The notes under the pieces were generated by a model. That model had not been told where the DNA came from and searched no databases. It saw only the letters and a program-made list of their open reading frames with translations. A DNA stretch of 64,000 nucleotides from UHGV virus genome UHGV-0020956. One strand, 5' to 3'. This stretch comes from a virus. The position numbers were made by a program, and so were the translations under genes. Shown here in pieces: positions 56,874 to 64,000 of this stretch; positions within the stretch are counted from its first letter, which is position 1, and each line of letters begins with the position of its first letter.

Positions 56874-56891
56874 AGATAACGGTGGTCAAAC

Positions 56892-58019
56892 ATGGGTATT
56901 GACGCAAAACGTTTAACTAAACAACTAACTATAGACGATTATAGAAAAGTTGCTGTATCTCTAGGGGCTATAGTGATTCACGAAAATGACAGAGAAATAT
57001 TATTTACTTCTATATGCCATGAAAAAAATCCAGACGGCAAAAAGAATAAACTTTATTTCTACAAAGACAAAAAAATATTTCTCTGTTATATATGTGATGT
57101 TTCTTATTCTGTTTATAGCTTAGTTCAGAAAAGAAAAAAACTTCTGGGAGAGGAATATACTTTCCCAGAAGCATTACAATATGTTTGTGATGTTTGTAAT
57201 ATTCCTTATGACGATATACAAAGGATTCATAAGAAAAGCACAAAAGTATATAATTGGGAAGATGATTTAAGTAGATATATCCGTATAAAAAACGGAGATT
57301 CACTCACACAAACTTATGATAAAGCTATCTTAGATTTTTTCCCAAAAATATATCATTCCTCTTTTCTTAATGATGGCATAAGTATTCAGACTATGGAAAT
57401 GTTTGGGATAAGATTTTATCCGTATGCTCAACAAATAGTAATTCCTGTTTTTGATGAAAACGGAGAATTGGTTGGGCTACATGGTAGAAATCTCAATCCA
57501 GAGTTAGTAGAAATGGGTTACAAATATCTTCCAGTTAAACTTGTAGAGAATAATGCTGAATATAGGTTTAACGCTTCTACTGTCTTGTACGGACTGAATT
57601 GGACAAAAGCAAACATAGAAAACACCAAAGAAGCTATTTTATTTGAAGCACCAAAAAGTGTTATGCAAATGGAAGATATATTAACAGTTAATAATACTGT
57701 TGGCATGTTTGGAATGAATTTGCAGAACGCCAAAAGGAATAAACTTATCCAATTAGGTGTTGAAAGAGTTGGAATTGCTTTAGATAAACAGTATCATACG
57801 GTATATGATGATAATGGTGAACTTACAGAAGAATATGTTAAATGGAAAGCAAAAGTAAACAAAATCATTGATAAGTTTAAAGGTTTTGTAAAAGAGATTT
57901 ATGTTATCTATGACGATAATGATAAAGAGCCTTTGTTAAGCTATAAAGATTCTCCCTCTGATAAAGGCAAGGAAGTATGGGGAAAATTATATGAAAAAAG
58001 AGAAATTGTTGAACAGTAA
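56892..58019 (+). CDS. DnaG-like DNA primase (CHC2 Zn finger + TOPRIM)
   Basis: SICHEKNPDGKKNKLYFYKDKKIFLCYICD (C-H-C-C) and TOPRIM-like ILFEAPKSVMQMED / ALDKQYHTVYDDNGE. Confidence 0.55.
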   Translation: MGIDAKRLTKQLTIDDYRKVAVSLGAIVIHENDREILFTSICHEKNPDGKKNKLYFYKDKKIFLCYICDVSYSVYSLVQKRKKLLGEEYTFPEALQYVCDVCNIPYDDIQRIHKKSTKVYNWEDDLSRYIRIKNGDSLTQTYDKAILDFFPKIYHSSFLNDGISIQTMEMFGIRFYPYAQQIVIPVFDENGELVGLHGRNLNPELVEMGYKYLPVKLVENNAEYRFNASTVLYGLNWTKANIENTKEAILFEAPKSVMQMEDILTVNNTVGMFGMNLQNAKRNKLIQLGVERVGIALDKQYHTVYDDNGELTEEYVKWKAKVNKIIDKFKGFVKEIYVIYDDNDKEPLLSYKDSPSDKGKEVWGKLYEKREIVEQ

Positions 58020-58227
58020 AAAAGAATCATATAATTGGTTAAGATTTTTTGGTGAATTAATATTGGTTATTTTAATTTCACCGATTTTAATTATATTAAC
58101 TATTGTATTTGTTATTATAGAACAGTTAATAAAATTATATGAAAAACATTTTAAAAAGCATTGACATATCGTACAAAATATGTTATGATAAATCTATCAA
58201 ATTAATAACGAAAGGAAAATATAAACA

Positions 58228-59052
58228 ATGGCAGAGAACACAACTGAATTAAAAGAAGTAGAGTTAGAACTTAACAAGGTGGTTTTAACAGGAACTATCA
58301 CAGAGGATTTTACTTATCATCATTCCACAAAAGGAACAAATATTTATAAGAGTTTCATTTGTGTAAAAAGAGATAGCGGTACTGATGATGTGCTTCCTAT
58401 CATGGCTTCTGAAAAAGTCCTTAAAGAAGCGTTTTCACTTACCGAGGAAAAGTCCTACGGCTCACAGAATTACACAGTCTGCGTTGAGGGAATTATGGCT
58501 TCTTACAATGAGCATATTGAGAACGGCAAGAGTAAGTTAATTTTATTTGTTAAACCAAATAATATCTTAATTGTTGCTGACAATACAAAACCGAGTAATA
58601 ACATTGAAATTACTGGTTATATTGTAAAAGATGTGATTGTAAGAAAAACCCCTGGTCTTAAAGACGAGAAAGGTATTTGGGTTAAACAGGAAAGAACCAT
58701 TGCTGATGTTATGTTAGGTGTTAATATCAACACGAATAAACGTTGTGTATCTTATTACATTCCTTGTATCTTTTGGGGTAAAGCTGCTTCTGCTATTGGT
58801 AAATTAGGAATTGGTACACAGGTTAATATTCGTGGACGTGTTCAGAGTAGAAAGTACAATAAGAGATATGAAAATGGCAATATTGAAGAAAAGGTTGCTT
58901 ACGAAATTTCTGTGGCAGATGCAATGTTAGTTGACAAACAGGGTAATGTAAGTAATTTAGTAAAAGTTGAACCAAAGAAGCCAGTAAAAGAAAAACGTAA
59001 TAAAGTCACAGTAAAAACTAGGCACAATCCAAACGGATTCAACCTAGACTAA
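58228..59052 (+). CDS. SSB-like OB-fold ssDNA-binding protein
   Basis: 274 aa; CIFWGKAASAIGKLGIGTQVNIRGRVQSRKY matches the SSB pattern (VVFGKLAE..LRKGSQVYVEGRLQTRKW). Confidence 0.5.
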   Translation: MAENTTELKEVELELNKVVLTGTITEDFTYHHSTKGTNIYKSFICVKRDSGTDDVLPIMASEKVLKEAFSLTEEKSYGSQNYTVCVEGIMASYNEHIENGKSKLILFVKPNNILIVADNTKPSNNIEITGYIVKDVIVRKTPGLKDEKGIWVKQERTIADVMLGVNINTNKRCVSYYIPCIFWGKAASAIGKLGIGTQVNIRGRVQSRKYNKRYENGNIEEKVAYEISVADAMLVDKQGNVSNLVKVEPKKPVKEKRNKVTVKTRHNPNGFNLD

Positions 59053-59119
59053 TTTAGAAATTCAGAAAAAGTAAAAGCACTCTTATATAAGGGTGCTTTT
59101 CTTGGTATAAGGAGTATAT

Positions 59120-60835
59120 ATGCGAGTAAAAGAAATTTTGCCTAACATTGATTTATCAAGATGGGAGCAACAGTATTTAGAAGCATTTGGAATTAAAGAT
59201 GTTGAAGAATATTTGTATCCAACTTTTAAATATGTTGAACGCCCAGAACGATATGATAACATGGAAGAGGGGAAAGAACTATTATACAAGATAATAAGTA
59301 ATCAGACTAATCATATAGGAATTATACAAGATTGCGACGGTGATGGTTTGTTTTCTGCTGTTATGATGTATAATTTTCTTAAAAACGATTTAAAAGTTAA
59401 GAATCCTATTTTCATATATTTTCATTCAGATAAAAAACATGGTATTACAGAAAACGTACAGAACTGGGTACTACATAATGAAATCAATTTGTTAATTGTG
59501 CCAGATGCAGGTAGCAATGACTATCAAGCACAAGAAGATTTGAATTTCCTTAATACCCATATATTGATAATAGACCATCACAAGATTGCTCCGTATAAAA
59601 GGGAATATATTAGTAATTATGAAACAGTGGTGATTAGCAATCAACAAGGTTGGGTAAAGAATAAGTGCCTTAGTGGTACTGGCGTTGTGAATAAATTTAT
59701 TAAATATTATTGCAATAATAATCCAAGTTGTAAAGCAAGTGCAAGTGTAAAATATGTAGACTTGGTAGCATTTAGTTTAGTATCTGATAATTGCAATATG
59801 CTTTCACAAGAGAATAGAGATTTTCTAATGGTAGGCACTTCTATAGCAAATATGCAGAACGAATTTTTAACTTATCTGAACGAACATTTAAACTATACTA
59901 ATGAAGTTACTTGGAAATCAATAGGGTTTATAATTTGTCCTTATCTTAATGCAGTATGTAGAAGTAACAACCAACAGTTGAAAGCTGAATTGTTTTTTTG
60001 TTTTACTAGCGGTCATTCAGAAATGTTTGAAAGTGTACTAGCCAAAATTAAAGACCAAAAAGCTATACAGGATAAGATTGTTGCTGAAACAGTTAAAGAC
60101 GGCTGTAGCATGGTTCTACGCATTGATAACGTACCGTTGTTAGGAATCAAGTACCTTGAAAATGTGGAACAGCACCCTTATAGTGGCTTGATTGCTAATA
60201 AGCTGAAAGACGAAACTCCGATTGTGTTTGCTACACATGAAAGTAATGGATTTGTAACTGGTTCTTGTCGGTCTGATTATGAAATTCTTGAATTATGCCA
60301 AGATAGTGGGTTATTTGAAATTGCACAAGGTCATGATAAAGCATTTGGAATTGGATATAAAAAAGAAAACGAAGAAAAGATTTATAAATATATTCAAGAT
60401 AAATTCACCAACGAAAAAATAGAATTACCGTCAATTCCAGTTGTAAAAAAATATGATTTGGAAAAAGAAGATTTTTCAAAATGTCTGTTCGGATTTGCAG
60501 ACCAATGGGAATATATCTGGAATAACGATTTGATTAGACCAGTTTTTGCCATTGATTTTAAATTAAAAATTTCTGATGTAGAGGTAATCGGAAAAGACAA
60601 AAACACATTACGGTTTAGTATAAACGGGGTAACGTTCATTAAATTTAAAGAGAGCGAGAACTGGTTAGATGATATGTCAGAACGGCTTGTACTGGCTTCT
60701 ACTATCTGTAACCTATCTATAAATTATTGGAATGGTCGAAAATATTACCAAGCTATTATTGAAGAATGGGAAATTAAAGAAATATCCCAAGAAGTAAAAG
60801 AAATTAAACCACTTTCATGGGATGATGTGTGGTAA
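59120..60835 (+). CDS. RecJ-like DHH-family phosphoesterase (ssDNA exonuclease)
   Basis: DHH motifs IQDCDGDGLFS, VPDAGSND and IIDHHK. Confidence 0.6.
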   Translation: MRVKEILPNIDLSRWEQQYLEAFGIKDVEEYLYPTFKYVERPERYDNMEEGKELLYKIISNQTNHIGIIQDCDGDGLFSAVMMYNFLKNDLKVKNPIFIYFHSDKKHGITENVQNWVLHNEINLLIVPDAGSNDYQAQEDLNFLNTHILIIDHHKIAPYKREYISNYETVVISNQQGWVKNKCLSGTGVVNKFIKYYCNNNPSCKASASVKYVDLVAFSLVSDNCNMLSQENRDFLMVGTSIANMQNEFLTYLNEHLNYTNEVTWKSIGFIICPYLNAVCRSNNQQLKAELFFCFTSGHSEMFESVLAKIKDQKAIQDKIVAETVKDGCSMVLRIDNVPLLGIKYLENVEQHPYSGLIANKLKDETPIVFATHESNGFVTGSCRSDYEILELCQDSGLFEIAQGHDKAFGIGYKKENEEKIYKYIQDKFTNEKIELPSIPVVKKYDLEKEDFSKCLFGFADQWEYIWNNDLIRPVFAIDFKLKISDVEVIGKDKNTLRFSINGVTFIKFKESENWLDDMSERLVLASTICNLSINYWNGRKYYQAIIEEWEIKEISQEVKEIKPLSWDDVW

Positions 60836-60893
60836 AATGTATTGATTTTATATAAGTTTTATGTTATAATAAAGAATATGAAAGGAGAAACAT

Positions 60894-61328
60894 ATGGAAA
60901 AATTTAAAGATAAAACTTATATTGTAGTTTGTAGTGATTTTGATAAAGCTAGAAACGCTATTAGAAAAGAACTGTATAAACATTATCAAAGGGATAGTGA
61001 CGAGCCAAGTGTTACCAGAGAGATTAAAGCTATGACAATTAACGATACTAAAATAAAAGAAACTTATAGAGGTAATCTTAGACTTATTGAAAATGTAGGT
61101 CGAGATTATTTAAAAGGCTACGCTTATTCCAGATTAAATCCATTTGATAGCATTAAGATTTTATGGTTGGATATTAACAAATTTAAGAATCCGTCAAAAG
61201 GTAATTTTGGGTATTATGATGATGTTGTGAAAGTTATTATTGTAGGTAATGACAGTTTATCATTTTATCTTAACAACTTAAAGAAAAGTTTTAATTTGGA
61301 TATAGAAGTAGAAATTATAATGATGTAA
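60894..61328 (+). CDS. hypothetical protein
   Basis: 144 aa ORF with RBS gaaaggagaaacatATG. Confidence 0.45.
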   Translation: MEKFKDKTYIVVCSDFDKARNAIRKELYKHYQRDSDEPSVTREIKAMTINDTKIKETYRGNLRLIENVGRDYLKGYAYSRLNPFDSIKILWLDINKFKNPSKGNFGYYDDVVKVIIVGNDSLSFYLNNLKKSFNLDIEVEIIMM

Positions 61329-61342
61329 AAGGAGAGAATGTT

Positions 61343-61744
61343 ATGATTAATGATGTAACTTATGAACTGATTAGAATTGTAAAGAAAATTGACTTAAATA
61401 ATAGTTTATTTGAGAGAACAGAAGAAAGTAATATTAGTAAAATCGTAAATAAAGACATTGAAAATCTTATTAAAGAAATGGTGGAAACTGATAGCCAGTT
61501 CAGATTTAAGAAAAACATTTTCGATAGACAGTACGGAATGAATGTTAAATATTTAAGATGTGGTGAGGTAGTTATTAAATCTAAAGAGGGGCTAGGGTTG
61601 GTAACTGTTATGGATATTGATGAATTTTTAGAAGTGCTGAGTTTTAGAATTTATAATGGGATTGAGAAAACAAAAGAAGAACATAAGAACTGGAAGTTGT
61701 GGAAAATGAGTAAGGTGGATTTGGAGAAAATGGGAGTTATGTAG
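61343..61744 (+). CDS. hypothetical protein
   Basis: 133 aa ORF with RBS aaaggagagaatgttATG. Confidence 0.45.
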   Translation: MINDVTYELIRIVKKIDLNNSLFERTEESNISKIVNKDIENLIKEMVETDSQFRFKKNIFDRQYGMNVKYLRCGEVVIKSKEGLGLVTVMDIDEFLEVLSFRIYNGIEKTKEEHKNWKLWKMSKVDLEKMGVM

Positions 61745-61752
61745 GTGATAAT

Positions 61753-63042
61753 ATGGGAAAGTTTATAGATATGACTGGTTGGAGAATGTCAGAACATGGT
61801 GTTCCAAATAGTAGGTTGACTGTTATTGAAAGAGCAGAAGATACTTTTAGTCCAAAAGGTTCGAGAATTACTAATTGGAAATGTAAATGCGATTGTGGAA
61901 AAATAAAAGTTATACAAGGTACAGCATTAAGAAAAGGTGTTGTTTTATCTTGTGGCTGTTATCATCTTGAGTTGCTTTTAGCAAGTGTTAAAAGTAGAAA
62001 AATGGTTAATAAATATGTTGATAAAGGTGACTATTTAGAAGGTTATGACGGAAAAGGTAATTGCTTTTTAATTGATAAAGACGATTATAATAAAGTAAAA
62101 GATTACCGTTGGAATATGGACAATCATGGATATTGGTGTTATAGCACTTCTTCTAAAGAAAATGGTCGAACCAGAATAAAAATGCATAAATTGATTTGCC
62201 CCTCACCTTCTAAAGATTTAGTAGTAGACCATTATAATAGAAATCGTTCTGATAATAGAAAAAACAATTTGTTTTTAAAAACACCTAGAGAAAATGGAAT
62301 AAATAAAGAAATTCCTTCTAATAATACTTCTGGATTTATTGGTGTCAGCCAAAGAAAAGACGGGTATTGGGTAGTAAGAATTAATACTGACGTTGATAAA
62401 ACAAGGATGATTAGTAGTTTTGCAACAAAAGAAGAAGCTTTAATATGTAGATTAAACTTTGAAAAATTGTATTACAAAGAAAATGCTCCACAAAGACATT
62501 TATTTGAAGAATATAATATAACAGAAGAAGGTGCAAAAGAATATTGTAATCAAATTTTTAAAAGAATTGATAATACAAGTGGAACAATGGGTGTTTTTAA
62601 AAGAGAAAATAAAGATACATGGCGAGTAGAAATTAGGGTAAAAAATGAAAGAAAAAATTTTGGTAGTTTTACAAATAAAGAAGAAGCTATAAGAGTTAGA
62701 CTTCTTATGGAAAAATATTATTATGGTGACAATGCTTTACAGAAAAATCTTTTTGATAAATATAACATTACTTTAGAAGAAGCTATAAAGTTTCATGATG
62801 ATTTTTATAAAAAGAAAGAAATAGAAAAAGAAAAGAAAAAAGATAAAATAACAGGTGTAAGCTATTCAGAAAAAATAAAAAAATGGGAAGTTTATATTTG
62901 TGTTAATAGAAAAAATATATACTTAGGTGCTTATAAAGATAAGAATGATGCTATTATAGCGAGATTAAAAGGTGAAATAAAATATAGAGGTAAGGATAAC
63001 GCACCACAGAAACATTTATTTAAACAATACGGAATAGAGTAG
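61753..63042 (+). CDS. HNH homing endonuclease with three AP2-type DNA-binding repeats (free-standing)
   Basis: HNH motif VVDHYNRNRSDNRKNNL; AP2-like repeats SGFIGVSQRKDGYWVVRI, SGTMGVFKRENKDTWRVEIRV, KITGVSYSEKIKKWEVYICV; flanked by duplicated gtaggtgataatatg. Confidence 0.75.
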   Translation: MGKFIDMTGWRMSEHGVPNSRLTVIERAEDTFSPKGSRITNWKCKCDCGKIKVIQGTALRKGVVLSCGCYHLELLLASVKSRKMVNKYVDKGDYLEGYDGKGNCFLIDKDDYNKVKDYRWNMDNHGYWCYSTSSKENGRTRIKMHKLICPSPSKDLVVDHYNRNRSDNRKNNLFLKTPRENGINKEIPSNNTSGFIGVSQRKDGYWVVRINTDVDKTRMISSFATKEEALICRLNFEKLYYKENAPQRHLFEEYNITEEGAKEYCNQIFKRIDNTSGTMGVFKRENKDTWRVEIRVKNERKNFGSFTNKEEAIRVRLLMEKYYYGDNALQKNLFDKYNITLEEAIKFHDDFYKKKEIEKEKKKDKITGVSYSEKIKKWEVYICVNRKNIYLGAYKDKNDAIIARLKGEIKYRGKDNAPQKHLFKQYGIE

Positions 63043-63050
63043 GTGATAAT

Positions 63051-64000
63051 ATGAGCGTAGAATTTAGTTATTTTAATTGTCATTCTCATACAGGAAAAGG
63101 TTCTAATCTTCGTATGTTAGATTGTACAATAAAGGTAAAAGATTTAATAAATACAGCTTTAGAATTAGGATATAAAGGTTTAGCAATTACAGACCATTCT
63201 TCTTTAAGCGCTCATATCGAAGCCATTCAGTATGTTAAAGAATTAAAGAAGCAAGGAAAAGATTTTATTCTTGGACTAGGTTCTGAGGAATATTTAGTTA
63301 ATTCTTTATATGATACAAAAGAAAATTATGAAAGTGGTGTGACAAAATTTTGGCATTTTATTTTTATTGCTAAAGATGAAATAGGCTATGAGCAACTTAG
63401 ACGCATTGATAGCCAAGCATGGGATAATAGCTTTTTTACTGGTAAAATGCGTAGAACTCCTATTGAAAAATCACAAGTAGAAAATATTATAAGAGAAGAA
63501 AAAGGACATTTATTAATTACTTTTGCTTGCTTGGGCGGTGAATTAGCCGCCCTTGTAAAGCAATATTTAGAAAATCCTACTAAAGAAAATAAAATGGAAA
63601 TACATCAGTTTATTACTTGGTGTATTAACCTTTTTGGAAAAGAAAATATTGGTTTTGAATTACAACCAAATACACAAGAAGAACAAATTAACTATAATAA
63701 ATTTTTATTAACTTTATCAAAAGCTTATGATATTAAAACTGTATTAGGTCTTGACTGCCATTATCTTAGAAAAGAAGATAGAAAAGTACATGAAGCCTTT
63801 ATTAAAAGTAGAGATTCTATAGATAGAGAAGTGGGTGATTTTTATAGTAGCACTTACTTACATTCTTATGAAGAAATGAAAGAAGCATTAAATTATTTAA
63901 CAGATGAAGAATTTAAAACCTTGTTAGACAATTCTTATAATTTTGCTAAAAATATTAATTTTATTGATATGGAACACACTACTATTATTCCAGAAAGAGA
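63051..64000 (+). CDS. DNA polymerase III alpha subunit (PHP domain), N-terminal part; continues beyond window
   Basis: NCHSHTGKGSNLRMLDC ... LAITDHSSL is the PHP-domain metal-binding signature of PolC/DnaE-type polymerases. Confidence 0.65.
   Translation, partial: MSVEFSYFNCHSHTGKGSNLRMLDCTIKVKDLINTALELGYKGLAITDHSSLSAHIEAIQYVKELKKQGKDFILGLGSEEYLVNSLYDTKENYESGVTKFWHFIFIAKDEIGYEQLRRIDSQAWDNSFFTGKMRRTPIEKSQVENIIREEKGHLLITFACLGGELAALVKQYLENPTKENKMEIHQFITWCINLFGKENIGFELQPNTQEEQINYNKFLLTLSKAYDIKTVLGLDCHYLRKEDRKVHEAFIKSRDSIDREVGDFYSSTYLHSYEEMKEALNYLTDEEFKTLLDNSYNFAKNINFIDMEHTTIIPER

Overview
This window looks like part of a low-GC, Firmicutes-type tailed phage or prophage. Strong Shine-Dalgarno sites precede most genes. 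Hallmark Clostridia/Bacilli families are present: EndoA/MazF, SleB, HPr and an IStron. Roughly 1-24.1 kb is a leftward (minus-strand) late/structural operon. It contains a split large terminase, a portal candidate, a scaffold-like protein, a major capsid candidate, tail/structural proteins and two HU-like proteins. At its distal end sit a MazF-family toxin and a partial XhlA-like ORF. A structured divergent control region lies at 24.1-24.7 kb. From 24.7 kb to the window end is a rightward early/replication region. It contains two orphan DNA methyltransferases, a ThyX-like protein and a P-loop kinase. tRNA-Gln, tRNA-Met and one degenerate tRNA-like element are present. A 3.4 kb ORF-free origin-like region (34.55-37.98 kb) has iterons and strand-compositional blocks. 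Downstream is an island of monocistronic accessory genes, each with its own promoter and terminator: a DUF262 protein, ArdC, a sigma factor and many small unknowns. After that come a tyrosine recombinase, a SleB-like hydrolase, an HPr-like protein, a Sak4-like ATPase, a DnaB-like helicase, a primase, an SSB, a RecJ-like DHH exonuclease and the start of a PHP-domain DNA polymerase III alpha. The genome carries many selfish elements. There are four free-standing homing-endonuclease genes of different families: GIY-YIG, LAGLIDADG, HNH-AP2 and an EDxHD/Vsr-like type with tandem repeats. There is also an IStron-like chimera at 54.2-56.1 kb, a group I intron ribozyme core fused to an IS605-family tnpB. 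The most unusual unexplained structure lies inside the origin-like region. A ~390 bp C-depleted block and a ~620 bp G-depleted block are arranged mirror-symmetrically around a perfect 15-bp-arm palindrome. They are built from oppositely oriented GGATAA/TTATCC (DnaA-box-like) motifs. Several families of repeated regulatory motifs occur, including a near-palindromic promoter TTGACA-N14-TGGTATATTATAACCAT in at least 4 copies. Every functional call is inferred from motifs read by eye and needs homology or structure confirmation.
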